Shown here: in pieces, positions 13,365-31,517 of the stretch | How positions within the stretch are numbered: position 1 is the first letter of the stretch | Layout: each line of letters starts with the position of its first letter | DNA from: the human T2T-CHM13v2.0 reference genome, Homo sapiens | DNA: 64,000 nucleotides | Assembly (NCBI RefSeq): GCF_009914755.1 | Contig: NC_060943.1 | Direction: 5' to 3' (one strand) | Program-made: the position numbers and the translations under genes | Notes under the pieces: generated by a model | What the model was told of the DNA's origin: nothing | Database searches by the model: none | The model's input: only the letters and a program-made list of their open reading frames with translations

Positions 13365-14350
13365 GGCTTCCATTATTGCTATTGAGAAGTCAGCTGTCCG
13401 TCTAAATTCTGTTGTTTTTATGCAATCTGCCTTTACTCCCTGGATATTTTTAAGGTTTTACAGATCTCTTCATATTGAATTATCTGTTATTTCATCATGA
13501 AGGATCTCAAGTGGAGTTTTATTTTGTTTTGTCCTGTTCTCTATCCTACTTGGGATTCATTATGATTCCTGAATGTGAAGTTTCATTTTTTTTCATGAGT
13601 TCTAGAAAATTCTAGTATATAGCTCTGCCATTTTTCTTTTGGATACTGCTTCTTTTTCATTCTATTTATTCTCTTTTTCTAGAATTCCAATGAAATGTAT
13701 ATTAGGCATTCTTACCCTATCCTTTATGTCTTTTAGCCTGTGCTTCATATTTCCTATCTCCTTGTTTCTCTATACTGGATTCTGGATAGCTGAGCTCTGC
13801 TTTCCTGTTTGCTAGTTCTCTCTTCAGCTATGTCTAATCCGCTGTTTAACCATAAGGTTCTTATTTCAATGTGTTTTTTTTTTCATTTTTAGAAGTTCTA
13901 TTTGAATATTTTTCAAAACTACCTGATTTTTTTTCTTAGTTTACAATTCTGTTTTCTTTTTTTATTTCTTTCAACATGAAAGCACATTTATTTTATATTC
14001 TATGTCTTAAAATTTATAGTATCTGAAGTCTTTAGGGAACTAATTTCTACTCTTTGTTGTTTCTGCTAATTTTCATTTGCAATGGCATGTTTGCTTGTGT
14101 TTTTCTTGATTTTTCAATATCAGCTTATGTTCATCAGGACTTTTCTGTGGGGATTTCATGAGGCCTGGCTTGGGAGTGCATTCCTCCAGAGAAGATCTGC
14201 ATTTGCTTCTTTTAGGTACCTGAAGATATTCCCAATCCAGGACCACTTTACATTAATTTCTTGGCTTGAGGGTTATGTACTGTGCCAGTGCCATAAATTA
14301 GAATGTCACACCTTATGAAGGCTGGTCTGAATTCTAAATTATCAGGGGAA
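13365..14350 (-). mobile_element. Old L1/HAL1 ORF1-region fragment
   Basis: ttgctattgagaagtcagctgtc, tctcttcagctatgtctaatccgctgtttaacc. Confidence 0.7.
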
Positions 14351-14877
14351 GTTTCTTTTTCTAATTCTGCCCAGGGTCCAAGCTGAAAAAACCACATTTC
14401 CTTACTGGATCATCTCTTTTAACTGCACAGATGTGTCTCTAGATCAACACTGTTCAAACCTTTCAACTTTCACAGGCCAAGGCCCTTGCACCCCGCAGGT
14501 AAAACTCAAGACTCCAGGTGGTGGGAAATTACCAGGCAACCTTAGATAGCCACTTTGTGACAAAAAGGTTTTGGGATATCTAGTCTATCATATTGTCAGA
14601 AATGGAAATAACCAATCCTTCTTTTCACTTCCTCTAGATTTTGAGTGTAGAACTGCTGAGTGAATCTAAGTGAGACAAAATCCTTTTCCCACACAGGAAA
14701 ATACAATTTGGTGTTTGGAAAAAGGAAATTGGGCCACCATCTTTTTCTTAGATTAGAGGAATCTAATTAAACTACTATCTCTTGTAATCAAGAAACATTT
14801 ACCTGAAGTTCAACAATTTCTACCATTTCATTTTGTTATATTTTGAACATTACATTCAAGCAAAATTACATAATGTT

Positions 14878-15430
14878 TAATAAACTTTATTTTCTAGAAC
14901 AGTTCTACATTCATAGCAAAATTGAGAGGAAGGTACAGAGATTTCCTATATACCCTCTACCCCCACACACACACAGCCTCCTCTATTGTCAACATCTCCT
15001 ACCAGTGTGGTACATTTGCTATAACTGACGAACCCACATTGAAACAGTATTGTTGCCTGGAGTCCATAGTTTACATTAGGGTTCATTGTTGATCTTGTAC
15101 ATTCTATAAATTTGGGCAAATGTGTAATGACATACATCCACAATTGTAGTATTATACTAAATAGTTCCATTGCCCTAAAAATCCTCTGTGCTCTGCCTAT
15201 TCATCTTTCTGTCCTTACTAACCCCTGGAAACCACTGACTTGTTTACTGTCTCCATAGTTTTGCCCTTTTCAAAATGTCATGTAGTTGGAATCATGTAGT
15301 ATGTAGCCTTTTCAGATTGGCTTATTTTACTTAGTAATATGCATTTAAGCTTCCTCCAGGTCTATTCATGGCTTGGTAGCTCATTTCTTTTTAGTGCTGA
15401 ATAATATTCCATTCTCTGGATGTGCCAATC
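14878..15430 (-). mobile_element. L1MC1/2-like 3' end
   Basis: atagcaaaattgagaggaaggtacagagatttcc...agcctttTcagattggctt. Confidence 0.8.
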
Positions 15431-15431
15431 T

Positions 15432-18545
<3,114 letters not shown>

Positions 18546-18587
18546 AACAAATGAAGTTAATTCTCTTAAAAAATAACATCTCCTCTT

Positions 18588-18881
18588 GCCAGGCATGGTA
18601 GTTCACACCTGCAATCCTAGCATTTTGGGAGTCCAAGGCAGGAGGATCGCTTGAGACCAGGAGTTCGAGACCAGCCTGGGCAACATGGCAAAACCCTGTC
18701 TCTACAAAAAATACAAAAATTAGCCAGGTATGGTGTTGCACTCCTGTTGTCCTAGCTACTCAGGAGGTTGAGGTGGGAGGATTGCCTGAGCCCAGGAGAC
18801 AGAGGATGCAATGAGCCGAGATCGCACCACTGCATTCCAGCCTGGGCGATAGAGCAAGACGCTCTCTCAAAAAAAAAAAAA
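18588..18881 (+). mobile_element. Alu (AluJb-like)
   Basis: Alu consensus with A-tail. Confidence 0.95.
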
Positions 18882-19329
18882 TCCTCTTAAAAAGATAGTT
18901 TTATGTATCTACCTATGTATGTATGTATGTACCTATGTATTTACCTTCACTTTCTTCCTAAACCTCACTAAAATTATAGTAAAGTTATTTTCTCAAAAAA
19001 ATAAAGAAATATCACCATAAACCTCAAGAAGAGAAAAAAATAACAACACATTTTTAGAAACTGGAAAGCAAATGAAGAATGACTTTGCAGATACAAGAAT
19101 CCAAATCTTGACCCGAGAACTTACCTAATGTACACCACGCTGCCCTCCAAATCCTTCCATCTGTGCAAATCCCATTCATGAAGGCTTCCTTCTTTTCAAC
19201 ATTAGCAAGATTCCAGCCCGCCCTCAATTCATTTTAAAATCCTGCCTCTATGACCCCAATAATAATAACAAACCTTTACCTATAGAACATTTGCAAAGTT
19301 CCCCCATGTAATGACAAGACTTTTTAAAA

Positions 19330-19625
19330 AACAAAAAAACACAAAAACAGGATCTCACTGTGTTGCCCAGGCTGGAGTGCAGTGGCATGATCTCAGCTGA
19401 CTGCAACCTCTGCCTCCTGGGCTCAAGCGATCCTCCCATGTCAGTTTCCTGAGTAGCTAGGACTACAGGTGCATGCCACCATGCCCAGTTATTTTTTTTT
19501 TTTTTTAAGAGACAGGGTTTTGCCATTTTGGCCAAGCTGGTCTTGAACTCCTGGGCTCAAGTGATCCTCCCTCCTTGGCCACCAAAAGTGCTGGGATTAC
19601 AGGTGTGAGCCACCATGCCTAGCCA
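19330..19625 (-). mobile_element. Alu (AluJb-like)
   Basis: Antisense Alu consensus. Confidence 0.95.
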
Positions 19626-19668
19626 TCAATCCTTATTTTAATGGATTGGCTTTAGCATTTGATGGTTC

Positions 19669-19710
19669 TCAGACAAGATCAGGCGCATTCAGGGTGGTAT
19701 GGCCATAGAC
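19669..19710 (-). pseudogene. RNA5SP: Tailless 5S rRNA retropseudogene (first ~42 nt of 5S)
   Basis: Reverse complement GTCTATGGCCATACCACCCTGAATGCGCCTGATCTTGTCTGA equals the 5S 5' end with CpG-type transitions; TSD atttgatggttctca at 19657-19671 and 19712-19726. Confidence 0.95.
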
Positions 19711-20856
19711 TATTTGATGGTTCTCAAATTGTTTCTTATTGTTCAATATTATTTCTCCAGTTTGAGTGTAAATGTCTTAAGAAATGAATTTCCATTTTAT
19801 CCAGCACTAAACTTTTTCACAGCAACAGACTACAAAGAGGTAATCAGTAAGTATCCGCAGTTCCTAGAAGATGCACCTACTGATAATCATTACAGCCAAC
19901 TAACTAGTGTCCAATTAGCAGTCAAAAATAACAGTAGCAAGTCTCTGTAGCCATTTTTAAGCCTTGCCTCCAAAAAATATGCCATTTGTCCTGTATGACA
20001 GCAGGTGGCATATCAGAGACCCATCTTTCCACGTACTGCAGGGTGACCTGCCTGGTTTAGCATTTAGCAATCAGACTTTTTTATAGCAATAAACCCCATG
20101 CTGAGTAGGCAACAGATGAAAAAAAAAAAAGATGCCTTTTATGGCACTTCATGATAATGGCTTTATTGCCAAAAGCCGTATTAGCAGAAGATGAAAGATT
20201 CAATTTATAATCTCCTGAATGTCTGGATGTTCAGCCTGTTTCTGCCCAAGAAGAGATCAGTGCCCGTGGAAGATGTATTTGAAGGACAATCCACAGTCTA
20301 TTCCGCTCTGCCGAGAAAGAGTCCACATTCTTTTCCCTTTCAAGCCAAAAGGAGGCAAAAACAACCAAATGAATGAGTTCATGCCGCTCTGAACTTCAGC
20401 GCCAGAGTGAAGCGTTGAGATTTAGGGCCACCCGACTCCTTGTGACGATCTAAAAGTCGCTTAGAACAATTCACAGCAATGTCAGAAAAAACTTCCTGCT
20501 TTTTGAGACAACAAAACCAGATGGAAAACTGCTAAAATGGCTCAAGTATGTGGCACTTTTATAATGTTTATGTGGCTCTTGTAAAAAAGCAGCTTTAATT
20601 GACTTTTTTGCTTCCCATGTCCTAGTTCTGTCAAAATCTCTTCTGGTTTTGGGGGGGGACTTAAATGAGAGAACACACCATTCAGAATATACTGTTAATT
20701 ACTATAATTCAGAAACAATGTCCTCCTTCTCTGGTCCTTGCCAAAAAGCCAAGGGAGAAAGGCAGCAGAAGGGAAAATTTAAAATAAAGCACATTTCTAA
20801 AGACGGCATTGAAAACAAAGCAAACAGTGGAATTGCACTGGCAAGAAATTTCACTG

Positions 20857-21174
20857 GGCCGGGCACGGTGGCTCATGCCTGTAATCCCAGCACTTTGTGA
20901 GGCCAAGGCAGGCAGATTGGCTTGAATCCAGGAGTTCAAGACCAGCCTGGGCAACATGGTGAGACCTAGTCTCTATAAAAAATACAAAAAATTTAGCCAG
21001 GTATGGTGGCTCATGCCTGTGGTCCCAGCTACTCAAGAGGCTGAGGTGGGAAGATGGCTTAATCCAGGGAGTTCAAGGCTGCAGTGAGCTGAGATTGTGG
21101 CACTGCACTCCAGCCTGGGCAACAGAGCAAGACCTCATCTCAAAAAAAAAAAAAAGGAAAAGAAAGAAAGAAAA
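20857..21174 (+). mobile_element. AluJ
   Basis: Alu consensus, TSD aagaaa(a)tttcactggg. Confidence 0.95.
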
Positions 21175-21770
21175 TTTCACTGGGAGCACCCACCCCTTTG
21201 TGTGACCTACAGAATACCACTAAATATCTCTGTTTCATATCATCTTCATATAAATAAGGAAGTTAATACACTTCTACCTCAAATACCAAATATCAGTGCT
21301 GAAGGAGAACTTGATACCTTATTTACTTACCTTATTCTCTACATGAAGTATCTCAAAAGGTGTTTTGCAAATAAGTGCTATTCTTCTCATCCTTAGAAGG
21401 TATAGGTAATGGATTTAAAAAACACACAAAGAGATAAAAACTCTTTCACTTTCTTTATGAACAAATTTGACCTAGGGTTAACTTTTTAATCCTGTTCCCC
21501 TGGAAACCTGATAAAGGTGGAATGTCGGCTGTGTCACCAGGCTGTCCTTAGATGACAGAAGGAGGTAAAGAGATGAGCCCATGGAAGACTGAGTAAGTAG
21601 TGCTAAGTATGGCTGATATGGGGCCATGGGTCTGGCTAGACCTCAGAAAACCCCCAAGATGGAAGCTTAATAGAACAAAATCAGTATATAGATTTAAATT
21701 ATGGGTGTATTTTAGTCATTTAATCATTACTGTTTTCTCTTTTTTCACCTTTTTTATTTAAAAAAAATTA

Positions 21771-22160
<390 letters not shown>

Positions 22161-22179
22161 TAAACCAGCCCACCCCAAA

Positions 22180-23395
<1,216 letters not shown>

Positions 23396-23399
23396 TCTG

Positions 23400-24124
<725 letters not shown>

Positions 24125-24465
24125 TGATTTCTTTTAGTGGGAAATGGTATTTTAAAACTAAAATCTGGGCACGAGAGATGCGCATTGCTAGGTCTTTTCA
24201 TTAGTCAGAACAAGAAATATACATACACATACATACACATACATACACATAATATTTTTTAAATAAAATACCTCGAGTTATATTGATAACTTCTCATTTA
24301 AATCAAAGTTTTTTAACATCTCTTCTGAATTACATCTATGTTTCTTTTCTGCCATACTGGGAACCCCAGTTCTTTAAAACACAAAAGATAATATAGTTGG
24401 AATATCTCATAATTTTCTGGGATGCAACAGTTTAATGGTATTAATACAGCCACCTCCAACCTTAA

Positions 24466-24765
24466 GGGGGTGCTAACCTGGGAAGAACTGGTGTTATCAC
24501 CGACAGAAAGAGGCACCCTGGATGTTTTGACGTGGTTCACGTGAAAGATGCCAACAGCAACAGCTTTGCCACCCAGCTTTCCAACCTTTTTGTTATTGGC
24601 AAGGGCAGCAAACCATGGATTTCTCTTCCCCGAGGAAAGGGTGTCCGCCATTCAACCCATTGCTAAAGGGAGAGACGAGACTGTGGCCAGAGCAGTGGGT
24701 GAAATGGTCTCTGGGTGACATGTTAGATCTTTGTACATAATTAAAAATAACATGGCATGATTAAT
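24466..24765 (+). pseudogene. RPS4XP: 5'-truncated RPS4X processed pseudogene fragment (C-terminal CDS and 3'UTR)
   Basis: Encodes [58 protein letters not shown]; frameshifted afterwards; 3'UTR with attaaa; no clear TSD. Confidence 0.93.
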
Positions 24766-24799
24766 TTTTTAAAAGGCTTTAACTGAAAACAGTTAAAAA

Positions 24800-27500
24800 T
24801 GTTTTTGCATATGACTGCTCCTGTCTCCCCCTATTTTTTTAAAGCTGTGCTAAATTTACAGTGTCAGAACATATAGCCAACATACAGCCATTACAAGCCA
24901 TACTCTTTCTTTTTTCCTCTCATTTAGTCCAAGGTCTATAAGTAACTTATTCTGTTGTCTATCTAGTCTTTTGGGTTGTCTGAAGATTTTTTTTCTTGTA
25001 GATTCCTCAAGAAAGGTTCATGGAAGCACTATTTTCTGAGTTCCTGCAGATTGATAATAGTAATCTTTATACTTAAAAATCAGTTTTCCTGGATATGACA
25101 TCTTTGCCTCTCATTTTATTTCCTTGAGTATCTTAAACATATTTCTCCATTTTTTTCTGGCATAAAATATTGCTGTGAAAAAAATCTGAAAATAATTTAA
25201 TTGACTTTCTCTTCTAAGTCACTTGCTCATCTTGCTGCAATAAGCAAATGATTTTTTTTTCTTTCTAGTTCAATTATTTGACTAGAATATGTCTAAGTGT
25301 TGATCATTTTGAGTTATCCATTCCAGGATCGATATTCTCAAGTACATGGTGAGCTCTTTCTTTTTTTTTTCATTAATCATTCCATGTTATTTTTAATTAC
25401 ATGCAAAGATCTAGCATGTTACCCAGAGACCACTTCACCATTGCTCTGTTTTACCCACTGTTTCACCCACCATTTCACCCACCACCAGTCTCTTGTCTCT
25501 CCCTTCAGCAATGGTGAGGCGGATACCCTTTCCTCGGGGAAGAGAAATCCATGGTTTGTTGCACTTGCCAGTAACAAAAATGTTGGAAAGCCAAGGGGCA
25601 AATCTGTTGCCATTGGCATCTTTCACATGAACCACATCAAAAGATCCACGGTGCTTCTTTCTGTTGGTGATCACACCAATTCTTCCCAGGTTAGTATCTC
25701 CAATCACCATACACAGGTTACCAGTGTCAAACTTGATGAAATCAGTGATCTTGCCAGTCTAAACAGTGTCATTCACCTTGACGAAGGAGTCAAGGTAGTG
25801 GATGGTGTGAGCATCGTGGAACCAGGTGAGGGATTCCTTTTGTGCCCACAAAGATTTTTCTTACTTTGCACAACTTGTACTTGGCCTCCTCCAGTGTAAT
25901 ACAATGTACAGCAAAGCGACCATTGATGCCACAGATGAGACAGAAATTCTCTCCCGTCTTGTGAATGCTGATGACATCCGTGAATCCAGCAGGGTAGGTT
26001 ATATCAATTTGGACCTTGCCATCCATCTTAATGAACGGCTGCATGCAAATCTTTACTTTGTCTCCTATGAGGGCATACTTAAGTCTGTTCCTTAGGAAAA
26101 TATTAGGAGAGACACTCTCTCAGCTTGTGGGGACTGGTGGTTGGACAAGGAGCAAACACACTAGTCAATTCATCCAGCATCCAATGCTGTGGAGCTGCTA
26201 CCCGCTTCAGATGCTTCCTAAGACCACGAGCCACGACTGTATTAGGCACGGAAAGAGCATGGTGAGCTCTTTCAACATGCAATTCCAAATATTTTTCACT
26301 TCAGGAAACTTTTCTGAAAGTATAGTTTTCAGTGTTTGTTTTCTATCCTTGCCTTGGTTTTCTTCTTCAGGGACTCTTATTACGTAGGTGTTGGATCTTC
26401 TTTGCCTATCTGCAAAACATTTGCAACTTCTTCCAGAATTTCATCTCTTTCCTCCTTTATTTTTCACATTTTTCTCCTTTCAACTATTTTAAAGACATTA
26501 TCTGTTGTTCTATTTGCATGTATATTCCTCCTAGTTTAGTCTTTATTTCTGAATTTTTTTTCTTCTATTTTTAGGGGTTTTTCTCAGTTCCATAACCTTT
26601 CCTGCTGGTCTAATTCTGACTTATGTTGTTCTTGCATGTCTTATATAATTTTCTCAGTGTCTTTTACCTTCTTTTGAATGAGAAGATTACAGTGTTGATT
26701 TGGTTTGTGAGCTTGTCTTTCTACATATTTTCTCTGTCTGAAAAAGTGTTATTCTGCTCTTTAATCTCTTTTTAAAAATAATAACTTGGTATAGGATTTG
26801 ACCTCAATTGCTTGCTCATTTTTATGTAAAATTAATTTTCCTGAAATTTTAGAAGAAGGAGTGCCTCCAGGTAGCTTTTCTTATTTCACAGAACCCCCGC
26901 TTCACTTATGCTGTCTCCTCCAAAATTTGGAGGTTTGCTTTTTGAGATGTGCTGGCTCTGTGCCCCTCCAGCTTTTTCATCTGGACCTTCTCCTTCCTTC
27001 ATCTTTATTGGCCCTGCTCTGCTCAATTCAATTTCTATTCCCAGCAGTTGCTTCTCAGTGTGGGAGCCTATCCTGAAAGGTACAATTTCAGAGCATCCAT
27101 GGGAGTCTCCTCCAGGCCCTTGAGACCTTACCCCAGGCAGCCTGTGCTCGTCCATGATAAGAGAGGACAAAACCCCTCCCGATTTCAGTGACTGTTCCCA
27201 GATTGGTCTGCTGCACTTTCCAGTTAACACCTGTTTGCTCTTTGAGGATGCTCCTATTCTCTAGTCTGTCAAATACCCCATTAGTTCCCTCTGCATTCTT
27301 CCACATAGACACTGATACTCTAAAGGTCTTGTGGCTGTTGTTGGTTTGTCTTTGCCATTTTTGTTTTGAGGTTTCTGGGAATACCTTGTAATTAGTTTTG
27401 TTGTAAATGTCATCCATGTGTTTTTGGTTGGCCACTAGTGCTCTATTTTGTTTACAAATTTGTAAAAGGTAGAAAGCTCTGCCACCATCTTCCCAGAATT
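24800..27500 (-). mobile_element. Old L1M/HAL1 5'/ORF1 region hosting the RPS4X retrocopy
   Basis: ttttatttccttgagtatcttaaa, tattgctgtgaaaaaaatctga; ends gccaccatcttcccagaa. Confidence 0.6.
25361..26257 (-). pseudogene. RPS4XP: Full-length RPS4X processed pseudogene
   Basis: Intronless RPS4-like peptides in several frames ([20 protein letters not shown]; [21 protein letters not shown]; [14 protein letters not shown]); 5' pyrimidine leader CTCTTTCC; start codon now GTG (26234-26232); poly(A) 25361-25370; TSD catggtgagctctttc at 25345-25360 and 26258-26273. Confidence 0.97.
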
Positions 27501-27576
27501 CCTTATTTTTATTTTTAATTTAATATGATCATGCAAACGCTAATAAGAACACCAGATAACAGGATGGACACTTAGC

Positions 27577-27735
27577 ATTGTGTTACAATTGCTTACAGTA
27601 TTCAGTGCAGTAACAGCCTGTACAGATTTGTAGCCTAGGAGAATAGACTAAACCATATAGCCTAGGTATGTAGTAGGCTGTACCACCTAGGTTAGTGTAA
27701 GTATGCTCTATGATGTTCACCCAATGACAAAATTT
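27577..27735 (+). mobile_element. Tigger3-family DNA transposon fragment
   Basis: gttacaattgcttacagtattcagt...accatatagcctaggtatgtagtaggctgtacca. Confidence 0.85.
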
Positions 27736-28394
27736 ATGGTACCATAAATTTATGCATTTATGGTGTCAACACAAGAAGTTGGAGTGAACCTAAAATCCCC
27801 AGGTATTATAATAGGTATCTAAAAACTGTTCTGACAATCTTATAAAAAACTCAATGTGTGTTTTTTCATGCATTTAATTTCTAGATTTGCTTCAGTGTCC
27901 CTGTGAGAGGCTCACATTTATCTTTCCTTTATGCCTTAACTCCATTGCCTGTGTAATGAGGATAATATTTTTAATATTAGAAAGATACAATTTTTATTCC
28001 CTTGTAGTCATATTCCACCAAATAGGTAAAGCTGTGATTCAGAGTACCAGGCAAGGAATCAGTCACAGCCAAGAACAGATGGATCCCTATTCAGCTTTCC
28101 ATCTCAAAACTGGCTTTTTGGGAGGCCACGACAAGACCAATGCCCTGAAGGCTGAGTTTTCTTGAAAAAGAAAGGCCCCTCCCATCTCCAAACCCAAAGT
28201 TCCTCTATAAATATTTATAATCCAAGCTGGGAGGACTTACCCTAGAGAAGACTACTTCTTGCGACAGAGAAGACTCAACCTGTGACACAAGGGACATTTC
28301 CACTGGATAAGAAAGAAAGAATTCTTGGCACTAGGGATATAAGAGAAATTCAGAAGGGACCCATCTTGATCCAGGTTCACATGAATGCACGGCC

Positions 28395-28700
28395 TGTGGC
28401 AGGTGTTCATCTATGATCACAGCTGGCAGATGTGCAGGCAGGTTGGCCACCAGCTCAGATGCATGTGGCTCAATCCTATGGGACCACCCAAGGAGCTTGA
28501 TGATATGTGGAACCACATCACCACCACCACAGGGAAGAAAGGGGTGGCGTTTACCCATCAGCCTCCATGAGTTAAGGGTTTCCCTAGGGGTATTACCTCC
28601 CCTACATTTCCAGGTTGCACATGTGTGAGTGCTGAATGGGGACACATGGGAATCCCATGTCCCAGCATCAGAGGTTCCAAGGCAGGAATCAGGAGGCTGC
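28395..28700 (-). mobile_element. LTR16-like ERVL LTR fragment
   Basis: ttggccaccagctcagatgcatgtggctcaatcctatgggacc. Confidence 0.5.
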
Positions 28701-28868
28701 AGGGAGGTACTGACAGGTTTCACCTGTGCAGTACTGGTCACTGCTGCAGCAATGTCTAAAAGAAGAGTTGAGTACACAGGCAGTGCCCAATATAGGACCC
28801 AGTGAAGTTCTTATAATAGAGAAAGCAAATATTTTAATCAGATGTTCTACCTTTCATTACAATGTGAT

Positions 28869-29387
28869 TGTGACGGTCAATATTGAGAGTCAACTTGATT
28901 GGATTGAAAGATGCAAAGTATTGTTCCTGGGTGTGTCTATGAGGGTGTTGCCAAAGGAGATGAACATTTTTGTCAGTGGACTGGGAAAGGCAGACACACC
29001 CCCTATCTGGGTGGGCACAATCTAATCAGCTGCCAGCATGGCCAGAATAAAAAGCAGGTGGAAGAACATGGAAAGACTAAACTGGCTGAGTCTTCTGGCC
29101 TCCATCTTTCTCCCATGCTGGATGCTTCCTGCCCTCAAGCATCAGACTCCAAGTCCTTCAGCTTCTAGTCTCTTGGACCATCGACCACAGATTGAAGGCT
29201 GCACTGTCGGCTTCCCTACTTTCGAGGTTTTGGGACTTGGACTGGCTTCCTTACTCCTCAGTTGGCAGATGGCCTATTGTGGGACCTCATTTTGTGATCA
29301 TGTGAGTCAATACTCTTTAATAAACTCCCCATTATATACACATCTATCCTATTAGTTCTGTCCCTCTAGAGAACCCTGACTAATACA
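28869..29387 (+). mobile_element. MLT2A solo LTR (HERV-L)
   Basis: TG...CA ends, aataaa at ~29319, 5-bp TSD gtgat at 28864-28868 and 29388-29392. Confidence 0.95.
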
Positions 29388-29496
29388 GTGATTAATCACT
29401 TTCTGCAAGAAGTGAAGGTATGTACAGAGTCTGACACTAGATTTTCATTCATTACACATGCAACAAAGAACACATAAAGTCCTATAGACTTTATAA

Positions 29497-29562
29497 ATTT
29501 CCTTTATAAATTATCCAGTCTCAGGTATGCCTTTAACAGCAGCGTGAAAAAGGACTAATACA
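29497..29562 (+). mobile_element. Isolated THE1/MST LTR 3'-end fragment
   Basis: cctttataaattatccagtctcaggtatgcctttaacagcagcgtgaaaaaggactaataca. Confidence 0.8.
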
Positions 29563-29699
29563 GTTATCTTTTGGTAACTGCACATTTAAGGTGTTAATTT
29601 CATCCTTCAATTGACAGTCTGGGGTCTTCGGCTTGGTTGATCATTGCTCCAAGTCATCACTGGGCTTGGGGTCAGGAGGCTCATGCCAGGCTCTAAATG

Positions 29700-29875
29700 T
29701 CAAGTACTTACTGGGTACTGGACAGAGCTCTATGTCCTTGATGTGTTTAACTCATTTAATGCCCCTATCAACCCTATGAGGTAGGTACAATTACTATCTC
29801 CATTGTCCAGATGAGGAAATTGGGTAAGTTAAACAACATTAAGCAGCTTACTCAGGTCCCACAGCTAAAGTGGTG
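29700..29875 (-). mobile_element. MIR
   Basis: aactcatttaat...aaccctatgaggtaggtac...cagatgaggaaatt. Confidence 0.85.
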
Positions 29876-30893
29876 TCTTTATTTCCAGCACTTAAAATGT
29901 TTCTTGGCCATTCTTGCTCTTAAGGCTGAATGACATGTCTGCCATAACACTTTGTGCTTCTCTTTAATGCTGTCTTCTTTCCTCCCTAAACTTCCCATGG
30001 TTTCTAACATTCCCCTTTCCACAACAGACCCTGACTCCTATCTGAGAAATTACAGCCATTAAACAAAAATAACTACTGTTCTTGCTAATTTGGCCAAGGA
30101 TGTGTCCCATTGCCTCATGCAAAGCGTGGTACCTTCCAGGTCCGTGGAGGTGCTGGGCTGGTATTGGGTGCTCACGGCCACTCCTGAGCTCTCACCGAAT
30201 GCAAAGCATGGTGCTCTGCACCAGGTGCTCTGGGAGCTTGGGAAGAAACCATAAACACATGAACACACAGATAATACCAGCCCACAAATGAGCATGCCAG
30301 CAGAGTTCAGGAAGGGAGAAAGCACTGAACTGAATGGGAGGGCTTTCTAGATAACATTTGCACAGATGGGAAAGAGAGGAGACGGCATTTCCAGCAGGGA
30401 GACCAACTTCAGAAGAGGCACAGAAGTGGGAATGCAACTGCAATTGCTATTCTGATTCTAGGCTTGGTGGGAAAAAAAAAATGCTGGCAGAGACTGCCAC
30501 TAGTGCTAGGAAAAATACGCAACAGTGTACGCCATCAATCAGCAAAGTGTGGCCTTCATGTTGCTTTTTTCTTGAATATAGTTTTTTCTTTAACTACCAT
30601 GTCTATTCATTTTCAGTCTTCTGTGACTGCCATTAAATAAGACCTAAGAGAGGCATTGTTTTGGACTGAACCCCAACAGAGGCCCCAACCAGACCAAACC
30701 AAAATGGAGTCACTTGTGCTAAGTGCCACATCATCAAACTGAAACTTTAAGGAAGCAGGATAATTCCCAAACAGACCAGTTTTCCCTGAAGAACGGGAGA
30801 TTTGCAGCAACCAATCAGAAAGGGCAGTTAACTCTGCCCTTTAACTCTGCTTTAATCCTTACAAGGAAAGTAAACTTAAAGTAACACTGTCTT

Positions 30894-31517
<624 letters not shown>

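Noticed and set aside
19805-19852. Plus-strand mini-exon with two possible donors
   Set aside because: Such signals are common by chance and there is no linking evidence
25297-25899. 200-aa plus-strand ORF (also 24313-24651 on the minus strand)
   Set aside because: Antisense reading of the RPS4X retrocopies
25361-26257. Functional RPS4 retrogene
   Set aside because: Start codon changed to GTG, with multiple frameshifts and deletions
24466-26257. Assigning a specific RPS4XP number or chromosomal locus
   Set aside because: Cannot be determined without a genome search
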